NCBI RefSeq assembly: GCF_006345805.1
Contig: NC_043004.1
Location: forward strand, 45,818,001-45,882,000
Origin: Octopus sinensis
Taxonomy: Eukaryota
DNA: 64,000 nucleotides
Direction: 5' to 3'
Each line of letters begins with the position of its first letter. Position 1 is the first letter of the stretch. Shown here piece after piece: positions 53,358 to 64,000 of the stretch. The notes beneath the pieces are model-generated. The model saw only the letters and a program-made list of their open reading frames with translations, ran no database searches and was not told where the DNA came from. The position numbers were made by a program, and so were the translations under genes.

Positions 53358-53477
53358 CCACCTTCCTTCTTTCGTTTCCTGAGCCTCCAATAACACTATA
53401 CTTGTTCCACGTCCTCGCGTTATCGTGTTAACTCCTTGTGTTTTCATGATGGACTAACTATATATATATATACATAC

Positions 53478-53521
<44 letters not shown>

Positions 53522-53639
53522 AAGAAATAGATACATTAGTATATTGTCGATCAATAGGTTCATAAGGTCGGTTTCACGGATCCTGTTTTAACATGAATAT
53601 ACGCCATCGGAAAGATTGCCGGTACGTCGCAGAATTACA

Positions 53640-53770
53640 AATTTTTGCCAACCGAGTTTGGGATGCAGCAATGTGAACTGAAATGCTTGCTCAGGAACGC
53701 AAAGTATTGGCCAGTCCTCATATTGAAACCACAATCTTACGATTATGATTGTATAACCACTAAGCAACGT
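53640..53770 (-). mobile_element. Degenerate tRNA-SINE head (family D-like)
   Basis: Minus gcttagtggtta..ggtttcaatat..ttcctgagcaagcatt. Confidence 0.5.
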
Positions 53771-54084
53771 ACCCTCAGATCTGTATATTTATGCATACAT
53801 ACACACACATACCCCCCGCATATATGTGTGTGTATCGATATCTATCTCTGTCTCTGTCTCGCGCTCTCTCTTTCTCTATACACACACACATGTATATATA
53901 TACATATACATATATATGTATATATACATATATATATGCATATATGTATGCATGTATATATACCTATATATATATATATATATTATATTAATTAGAGACA
54001 AAACCACTATTAGGCAAATCAAACAATGAAAGACTTAAGCCAATACATATGATTAATTTATATTATTTAAATATGTAACAAAAT

Positions 54085-54910
<826 letters not shown>

Positions 54911-55224
54911 GTCTCCGAAAATGTATACACATGAATTAGTTTGAACCCGATGAAACTTGTCAGAATGACCACGAGGAGCTGTAAGTTTGCCTGCTTGCCT
55001 GTTTGTCTGGCTATCTAGCTACGGCTCTCTCCGTTTCATTCTGTGCATGCATGTTATTTTTATTTTTATAATATTATTCTACATGTTTCAGTATAACAGC
55101 CATGCTGGGGGATATCGCTTGCATAATCACATTTTCAATTACCATTCCTATGTGAATGGATCTTTGGTGTAGGAGGGTGTTTGATATTGCTGCACTAGTT
55201 TTAATTTCTTGCCGCGATGTTGGG

Positions 55225-55264
<40 letters not shown>

Positions 55265-55283
55265 TATATATATTATATATATA

Positions 55284-55691
55284 CATAATTATAATTAGGG
55301 TTCAGCTAACTGCTTCACTATATACCAAAATAAGAAATAGGAATTAAAAATTCCTTTTCTGCTACTATAAGTTTCTCCATGTTCTTTAATCTCGAAACAC
55401 GTATATAATTAATCCTAGTCGTGTTGATTCACTGTTTTCCTATTTGCCTTCCCAAAAAAGTATGTTTACCGTCATAGAGATTCTTATAGTAGTAGTAAAG
55501 GCATTTCTAACTGCTATTTCTAATTTCGGTGTGTGGTGAAGATGTTAGCTGAACCCTAATTATAATTATGTGGATTATGTTGCCTATAAAGGTAATTTTA
55601 ACGTACCGATCTACTTGGTAAAATTGCTAATTAATTGATTAATTAATTAATTGATTAATTAATAAATTTTACCCTTCTATTATTAATTTAG

Positions 55692-55695
<4 letters not shown>
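55284..55695. repeat. Inverted repeat (55284-55381 / 55472-55570) whose right arm continues as a relative of the 52.2/52.7-kb repeat
   Basis: Perfect 27-bp outer match cataattataattagggttcagctaac / gttagctgaaccctaattataattatg. Confidence 0.82.
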
Positions 55696-55764
<69 letters not shown>

Positions 55765-55809
55765 TTGGGAAGAGTGGTAAGGAATTTACATAATACACTT
55801 ATCCTTATG

Positions 55810-55845
<36 letters not shown>

Positions 55846-57364
55846 ATATGCATTTATATGTATGTGTATGCATGTGTGCGTGTGCATGTGTGTGTCTGTG
55901 TATGCGCTGTATCGGTGTATGCGGTGTATCTGTGTTTAAACTACATACATGAGTGTATAAGATCCAATTATTTTAGGCCTAAACACTAGACATATTGTAG
56001 GTAAACTTACTGACAAAATTTCAATGTTGATGAAGTATCTTTCAATATTTTCTGATATTCATTTCATGTTACTAAGTTGAATCTATTTTAGTTTTCGAAT
56101 GTTTATCATTCATAGTTTTGACAACACAATAACTTGTCTATGAAGAGAAACGTACGCATATACATATATAAATATAAACAATTCATGTATCTATGTATTT
56201 ATATGTGCTTGTGTGTCTGTAGATTTGTGTACATGCATGCCTGTGTATACACACATACACACACACACACACATCCACACACACACATATATATATATAT
56301 TTGTAAATGAATATTCCTATATGTATGTTACCATGTCTTTCAAGTGTTTTGATGCTTTTCTGTTTTTGTTTTCGTTTCCTACATAAAGTATGGCATTACA
56401 TATCGTTTGTTGTATTCGTAGTTTGTGTCTGACACCCCGCTTCAATGAAAGATAATACCTTGCCAACATTTGCTGCCATAAAATAAAACAGGAAAATATT
56501 GGCTGTCAACTTTCATGACAAGCAGTATTGACCAATCTGGATGTTAAGCTAGAACAAAGGAGGACAGGTATTATAACATAAACCCAGACAGCTTTTGATC
56601 ACGTGTTTTATCGCTGAGATGACACACTAGTACATGCAAATAAAACAAGTATAGATGTGAATATAAATAATAATAAATATACATATAGTAAATATGTAGA
56701 TATATAACGAATAATCTATAAGGGGAGAAGAAAATTGTTATGAAAAGGAAAAAAAGAAACGTCATTATCATAAACGAAAATGTCGATAGAGGGATGATTA
56801 TCCGTTTTATGAAAACTTGCGTACATTTACTTCTGTAGATATTGTATAGAGTTCTGTTAACTATAACTTTATATATTTTCCAAGATGACATGTAGCGCCA
56901 AAATTGATGGAGATAAATTCATCATAGATATGTAATCATACTATATCTAGACAAGATATTTCTTATGCCAAACGAATCAAATAGATATCGTTACAGTTAC
57001 AAAACAATAATTATAACTAAGATGTCACTCCACCATCGAGAAATGAAACTAAATATCAGTATTGAAAAAAAAAGTGAAATAAAATGATCGTTGCAGCTTG
57101 TTGATCGATACAATGTTACATTGATTGCTGAACAATTTATAATTCCTACTTTTCCATTGCCAAGCGCTGCATTATTATCCAATATAATTGTTCCTTGCTG
57201 GTCCACTTTTTAGGGGAAGCAATATGTAAATGATGACAATCTCTTTAACATTTATAATGTAGGGATATCACATATGTAACCTTTCAGGTGTATCGTTATT
57301 CAGTGGATCTTTTGTGAAAATATATACCCCTAAATTTCTCAGCATTTAAAAAATATATTTATTG

Positions 57365-57793
57365 TACGCCCAGGAGTGGCTGTGTGGTAAGTAGCTTGCT
57401 TACCAACCACATGGTTCCGGGTTCAGTTCCACTGCGTGGCATTTTGGGCAAGTGACTTCTGCTATAGCCTCGGGCCGACCAATGCCTTGTGAGTGGATTT
57501 GGTAGACGGAAACGGAAAGAAGCCTGTCGGATATATGTATATATATATATATATATGTATGGGTGTGTATATTTGTGTATCTGTGTTTGTCCCCCTAGCA
57601 TTGCTTGACAACCGATGCTGGTGTGTTTATGTCCCCGTCAATTAGCGGTTCGGCAAAAGAGACCGATAGAATAAGTACTGGACTTACAAAGAATAAGTCC
57701 CGGGGTCGATTTGCTCGACTAAAGGCGGTACTCCAGCACGGCCGCAGTCAAATGACTGAAACAAGTAAAAGAGTAAAAGAGTAAAAGAGTAAA
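57365..57793 (+). mobile_element. SINE family A, full length
   Basis: A box tggctgtgtggtaag, B box gggttcagttcc, tail with three gtaaaaga units. Confidence 0.95.
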
Positions 57794-58369
57794 TATATTT
57801 ATGTGAATCGATAATCAAATTCTTTATATCTATTCAATTATACTTTCAGCAAGCAGTATCAATACTATTCATCTTAAAGAGCTCAGACTTAATGTAGCTT
57901 CTTTTAAGATGAAGTTTGTCTTAAGGATTTGCGGCAAGCTTTCAACAAATTTCAGGTGGAAACATATTTAGCATTTTATAAGAATAAAACCCGAGAACAC
58001 ACTTTGAAATGTCAGGCAGAATTTCATTAGAAAGATTGTATTGACAGGAATGTTCAAACTGTTGTTTAAAAGACGGAAGATGCTTTTGTTGAAAACAAAT
58101 TCCTTGTGATATAGAATACCTTTCACAGGCTGTCAAAGACAATGATTTATCAAAGTAGCTGGAATCAGTTCAACATATTCTCCATATCTTTCTTGAAACT
58201 GTAGGAGAGAACATTGAGCTGGGGAAATATTAAGTTCTCCCAGATAGTAAAATTTTGAAAGATATTATCATTTTCATTGTAAAGTTTAACAAAAGCGATT
58301 CTTTTCCGGCATTGTTAAGATCTTTGGCACTGTTTAGTGGTGACGCATTCTGGCATTCGTGTAGCTTTC

Positions 58370-59340
58370 AAGGTCAAACATTTACACACAATCACTTCCA
58401 GGATCTTCCAGATGTATATTACGCCACATCTCTCCCGCCTTCGCTCCAAGGATTAGAATCTTAGCTGCTTCAGCCTTTCCGAATAGCTGAGCTGTTGCAA
58501 TGAGGCGATCTTCTTACTGAAGCTTCGCTGGATTGCTTCAAGGGAATTTTACACTGTGGGGTGACTACAATTGGGAACAGTAGTCCAGGTATCTGAGGAC
58601 AAATGTCCTCCAGAGGACTATCATGGTTTCTTTCTCCCTGGTTTTGAAGGTTCTCAGGATTCATCCAGGAAGCCGTCTGCAAGTGTGTCGCCATCTTGGA
58701 AATGTGCACTTGGAAAGAGGTATTATCACTCATGTCAATACCCAGGTCACTGATATAGGTTCCGGGATTGTAATCCCCCCACCCTCTGGGCCAGTGTGCT
58801 CTGTAAGTTCTTCGCTCAGTTTTGGATGCTGGTAGCGCAGGCCTTTGAATTTTCCACTGCATATTATTGACCCCAGTGCATATATATATGCATTGCATAT
58901 TATTGTCCTCAGTGCGTCTGTACATTGCGTCCATCTCCTGCTGCAGGCATGCAACATCGTTAGGGTTCTATATTTTCTGCGAGACTATCGTATCGTCTGC
59001 GTAGCTAGCAAGGGTGGATATCTGGGCAGCTGACGGCATATCTGAGAGGGCTACTATGAAAAGCAGTGATCTCTAGACAGTGCCCTGTGAAACACCACTC
59101 ACTATTTCTGTTTCCTTTGAGGTAACTGCATTAGCCAATACTACCTGACTTCTATCTTTCAGAAAGTCATGTAACCACTCTCCAAGTTTTCCGGCTATAC
59201 CAAAATCGCGCAGTTTGTGACATATCATACCACGATCAACTTTATCAGAAGCTTTTGCTAAGTCAGGTCATATTACGTTTGAGCTGATGAGTAACTGCTT
59301 CAACACCCAATCATAGTGCTGGAGGAGCTGTGTCATACAT
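58370..59340 (-). mobile_element. CR1-group LINE RT fragment, degenerate
   Basis: Colinear with 14330-15240: TQLLQHYDWVLKQLL, LAKASDKVD, SGVSQGTV, YADD, YIWKILE. Confidence 0.88.
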
Positions 59341-59700
59341 AATTTTCATTTCCTGAATCCAACTTGTTCATGGCGAAGTAATTGGTCTACTACTGCTCTG
59401 ATGCGCAGTAATATGATATGGGTAAATATTTTACTGCTGATTGATAATAGAGTGAATTCTCTCCAATTATTAGTTTGATGCATCGCCTCTCCTTCATAAG
59501 TTCACAATGAGTCGTTTTTCCAGCTGTTCGGTATTTCCACATTGATCCAGATAGTTTGTAATTTGTTTTTGAAAATATACGGTTATGTTTTGACTACTTC
59601 TTTAAGCATTTCAGCACAAACTCTATCTAATCCTGATGATTTGTCATTTTTTTAATGGATAGCTTTTATCCAGGTGATATTTGTTCATTTCACGTAGTAC
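59341..59700 (-). mobile_element. RTE-clade RT fragment, degenerate
   Basis: KSSGLDRVCAEMLK..IPNSWK..NNWREFTLLSISSKIF..VDQLLRHEQVGFRK. Confidence 0.75.
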
Positions 59701-61349
59701 CTGTGGTAATTTTCCTGATTGAAAGAAGGCGATTAAAGTGTAAACATGCAAAACTAAGGGAATAAAATAATACTTCAAAATTCAGGTTTGTTTTGGTTAC
59801 CATCTTGTAATCTTGCTGCCTTTCGTTAAGATCTCCAAATGATGCATAAAAGTTTTATAATTCACAATCAGCTGTAAGGTGCATCTGCATCGTTTGTTGA
59901 AATATGGGTCAGAGTTACAACGTCGATCTATATTATAAAAATAGTTACATTTTTGTTGCCCTTCATGTCGCAAATGTATTACTGGAAGTGCATTAACCCA
60001 GGTACCAGAATGCAATTCCTCAAATTTATGGTAATATTGTTAAATACAAGAATATGTAAAAAACAATGTGATGAAAGAATATTTTAGTACTAGCTCTTTA
60101 TACATAAGTGTGAGAGTGCCGTCCAGGTCTAGGTCTAAATGTTTTCTTCGAAATCATTATAGTGATCCATTCTGCAATATCTGTTCTGTACATAAGATTA
60201 TTTCTGAAAGTGTCATGAATTGCCAAGGTGTGTACTTTGTTTTTTGAGCAACGATACTTTCCAAGTAACAGTAGACTACATAGTATAGGACTTAGGAATT
60301 TTATGGTTACCAAAGTAATTGTTTATTTTATTTTTATATAATGAAGACGAGATTTTATCGATGTTACGTACATGCTACAAGAATTGAAATGATGAACAAG
60401 AAGCTTTAAGATTTAATGCATCTCTCCTTTTGCTGAGTATGCTCCAGTAAGTCTAGATTCTCTTTGAAAGGGCATCTTATTAATTCTTTACGGTGGAATG
60501 ATGCAGAATGACTGAATCCATTACAACTTGTTCACAAGTTGCATGAAAGCACAAGAACAAATACAATCACGGAGAAAATTTTGAAATAATAAAATCAAAT
60601 AATATAAAGCGAAAGTAAGATTGAAGGAGGAAAAAGATTGGAAGCATGATCTTCAGAAAATATCTCAGAAATAATATTCATTTCTCAGAGCTGTATGAGC
60701 CTCAGTATAACCAGATTTAGCACGTTTGCAGAGTTAACACACCTACGTCCGTGTTCACAGATACGGTAGTTGTTCACACAAACTGCTCTCTCTCTCTCTC
60801 ACTTCTGCACTCTGTACACATACACACGCACACTCATGTATATATATATATATATATACATGCATATGTGTGTGTATGTGTGTGTGTGTATGTATGCGTC
60901 TATTCGCTAAGGTAAAGCGATAAGCGGAAAAGTCCGAAATGACCGAAACAAAAAAGGATATAGAAAAAGAGAATTATCGCTTTAGTTCGTTATTGATATG
61001 CGTAATACAAGTGCAAGTGAGGACATGTTTTTGTAGGGAAATTGGTTTACGTGGCCACAGGAATTAGAATTCTCGTCTTATCTTAGCAAAAGGGATTTAT
61101 AAAAAAAATGGCAGAGCAAGTAATATACCATCTGTTTTTGACGACCGGAAGAAACACCCCGGAGAATATTAGAGACGTAACTGATAAATGCAATCACTTT
61201 CAATTCCAGTATATTACTTTGAGCAGTGTTAATAATGTGAACCTAACTATACATATTGTGTTAAGTATGGGAATATGTAACGAATAAGTAACAGTTGTAA
61301 AATGAATATCCAAGTGCTAAAGATATAACATGCTGTAAATAAATGTGCT

Positions 61350-61490
61350 TAGCCACGTGTTTAGGGTTCTAGTCACACGGTCATATGTTTGGAAGCTCGG
61401 TTCAAGATCTAGGCGACGCGTCGTCTCTATGAGGAAAGTAGTTTACTTAATGGTGCTCCAGTTTGCTCAGCTGAAAATGAGCTAGCTCAG
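61350..61490 (+). mobile_element. Degenerate tRNA-SINE (family D-like)
   Basis: ggttcaagatc..gcgacgcgtcg..gtgctccagtttgctcagctgaaaatgag. Confidence 0.45.
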
Positions 61491-61671
61491 TGCAGGTATG
61501 CCGTCCTCTCTATCATACATTTAAAAAATTTTAAGAATCAAAGTGATAGATCCGCGGTGTGTGTATATATGTTTTTTTGCGACTACATAAGCACTTAAAA
61601 ACGATAAGGAAGAAAATATAATGCATGCTACAAAAGTATATACGTTTGCGACTGACGATATAACATTTGAT

Positions 61672-61745
61672 ACATACATACATGCATACATACATACATG
61701 CATGCATACATACATACATACATACTACATACATACATACATACA

Positions 61746-61775
<30 letters not shown>
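61672..61775. repeat. (CATA)n microsatellite
   Basis: Directly visible. Confidence 0.95.
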
Positions 61776-61776
<1 letters not shown>

Positions 61777-62053
61777 CATTGATGCTCTGGGATGTGTAAC
61801 GCATTATCTAAATGTCAGTCGTAAGACAGGCTTCTCAAAACCAGAAAGTAGAAAACTGATGCGAAGACTAAAGTTCCAAGCCATCACTGGAACTGTAAAA
61901 ATCTGTAAAACGTTCTAGATTATCACTCAAGTATATCAAAAGGATGTTATAATACTATTCCATCATCATATCAACAATTCGACATATCTCCATCATTAAG
62001 CTGCCCAGGTGTGCAAGTATATGCATGAGAAGACATCTCTCTCTCTCTCTCTT

Positions 62054-62088
<35 letters not shown>

Positions 62089-62264
62089 TGAAACTTACAG
62101 AAAAACAAAAGACAAAGAGAAGTGTATAAACAACAAGCAGGTGTATTAGTTTGACGCTACAAACACATATTTATATGTATGTATAGTTTTGTTTTATATA
62201 CGTGTATGCATATATTAAGTATATTTTTACATACCTATCTTTTACCTTTTTTAAGTATGAGTGT

Positions 62265-64000
62265 ATGAGCTGCTCCATGTCTGACACGGGATAGCTTACC
62301 TCATAGGGGGCAGGTAGTACCTCTTTTACCTCGGTTGGTAATCTAACTAGGAGAAGGAAATCTCCAAAATAAAACCCAGGGCTTTCGAATTTCCTGGTTT
62401 TATCAAATTCATGTCACACTAGCGAATGTCTTCTTGAGCCAATAGATTTAGATAGTGCACCTATTGAAAATTATTCATCTGCACAGGTACTTCTTGTACA
62501 TTGAATCTAAATAAAATCATTGAATTGGTTGGCAGAAACCTAAAAATACACTTTCAACTTACTCTGAAAGTGTGGTAAAACAATCATCAAGAAAAAAAGA
62601 AAAAAAAATCCTTTGAATTTTGGCTGTTGGTATGTGCGCTCACTTCTAGATGATAATTTCAACTAGAAAGTCATACTGGCACGTGAACTTAAAAAGTATT
62701 CCTCTGATATAGTTGCGCTCTCTGAAACTCGTCTGTCTGAGAAGGGTCAAATAAATTAACCTACTTATGGATATACTATCTTCTGGAGAGGCCTACCTGA
62801 GCGTAGAGACTCTGGTGTTGGGTTTGCTCTCAAGACTTCATTAGTATCCGCCATTGCAGAATTTCTAAGTGGTATTTCTGAACGAACCATGTCATGCCAT
62901 ATAAAACAGACAAAAGGTAGGTTTCTTAACAATGTCTCGCTCTGACGAAACTGTAGGACACTTTTATGACGATCTAGTGCAATTATTGAGTTAAGTACCA
63001 ATTTCAGACAAGCTGGTCATATTGGGTGATTTCAACGCGAGTGTTGGAAATGACTCAGTGGGATTTTAATTGCGTACGTCAAGTGACTGGTTTTGAGACG
63101 AATCACCAATAATTCATAATCTACTTTTAGAAAAACAAAATTTAGGTAATACAATTCTTTCTCAGTCCTTGAACCTCAATTCAAACGAAGCCTACAGAAA
63201 GCTGAAAGGGAAAGTGCAGTCAGTTCTAAAGAAAATTAAAAAAGGAATGGTGTAATAACAGCAGAAGGGGGTGCAAGAAGCAGCTGGTAGAAATGATGGC
63301 AAGTGTTAGTACTCTTATGTTAAGGAGGTATACAGTGCAAAATCTTCTTCAATAGCTCCAGTGAGAACAGCAAATGGAGATTTGCTTTTGACTGACATCG
63401 CCCCTATTCATAAGCGCTGAGTAGAATATTTTTCTGCACTTTTGAATTGACCACTGAATAGTCTCAATGCAGTTTTCAATCCTCCAGGGATACAATTGAC
63501 TGTACAATGTCAGGAAAAGTGCGTTGAACATTGCCATTGGTTTGTTAATTTAAGCAAAGCATTAGATACTGTTAACTGAAATGCTCTGTGGTTAATTTTA
63601 AAGAAAATAGGTTGCCCAGAAAAATTTGTAAACATGCTCAGGGCTTAGTATCAAGATATGAAGGCTACACTTAATTTTGGTTGTAGGCTCTCTAAATCTT
63701 TTGACGTGGAAAATGGAGTAAAGCAAAGAAACCTTGATGCACCCACTCCGTTTGCAATATACTTTGCTGTTGTACTGGTACACGCTTTTCAAAACTCCGA
63801 GAGGGGTATTTACGTAAAATATCTAACAAACAGGAATGTTTCTAATCTGGCCAGAATGAAATTCAAAACAAATATTTTCATTTCACTGATTAGGGAACTA
63901 TCATACGCTGACGATTGCGATCTCGTCAGTCACCCTAAAACGGGCCTGCAATCACTTGTATCTGCATTTTACTCAGTTGACCATCAACTTGAAAAAAAAA
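62265..64000 (+). mobile_element. RTE-BovB-like LINE, degenerate with internal deletions, runs off the window
   Basis: 5' UTR-like ctaggagaaggaaatctcc..taaaacc; APE DIVALSETR, GYTIFWRG, SGVGFALK, ILGDFNA; RT NGVKQ..APTPFAIYF, RELSYADDCDL. Confidence 0.85.

Larger units (their letters stand above)
52903..53445. mobile_element. Inverted-repeat element carrying two hammerhead ribozymes (Penelope-like pLTR pair)
   Basis: ~205-bp arms (52903-53105, 53240-53445) differing at only a few positions, each with CTGACGA-a-GAGC-tcc-GCTC-GAAAC-GTT; TA-rich spacer. Confidence 0.8.

Noticed and set aside
56997-57206. 69-aa minus-strand ORF with a hydrophobic C-terminus
   Set aside because: No recognisable motif; length and hydrophobicity are expected from AT-rich DNA.

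Overview
This is AT-rich eukaryotic DNA made up mostly of microsatellites and transposable elements. The SINE families, simple-repeat load and TTAGGG repeats suggest a cephalopod, probably Octopus (inference). I could not identify any host protein-coding gene, true tRNA, rRNA or CRISPR array. Most listed ORFs are artefacts of (TA)n, (CA)n, (ATT)n or (ATCT)n repeats. Coding retroelement remnants: (1) a 2.9-kb R4/Dong element (RT plus restriction-like endonuclease) and several fragments, most sitting in (TAA)n arrays; (2) an apparently full-length CR1/L2-group LINE whose ORF1 has a Myb/SANT-like domain and a CCCH finger; (3) two head-to-tail Tx1/L1 copies ending in (ATCT)n; (4) RTE fragments. 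Other repeats: internally deleted mariners, TA-flanked MITEs and about 25 tRNA-derived SINE copies. The most notable signal is a set of minimal hammerhead ribozyme motifs (CTGANGA-stemII-GAAAC-GTT) of the type known from Penelope-like elements. One intact pair lies in a long inverted repeat at 52.9-53.45 kb. One mutated copy forms the 3' tail of a tRNA-headed SINE at 36.64-36.96 kb, suggesting a ribozyme-tailed, Penelope-dependent SINE. Also notable are an in-frame RTE/CR1 reverse-transcriptase chimera, a covarying LINE/SINE 3' stem-loop, and a SINE dimer inside a 17-bp target-site duplication. All family assignments come from motif recognition by eye; no searches were run, and element boundaries are approximate unless marked by TIRs or TSDs.
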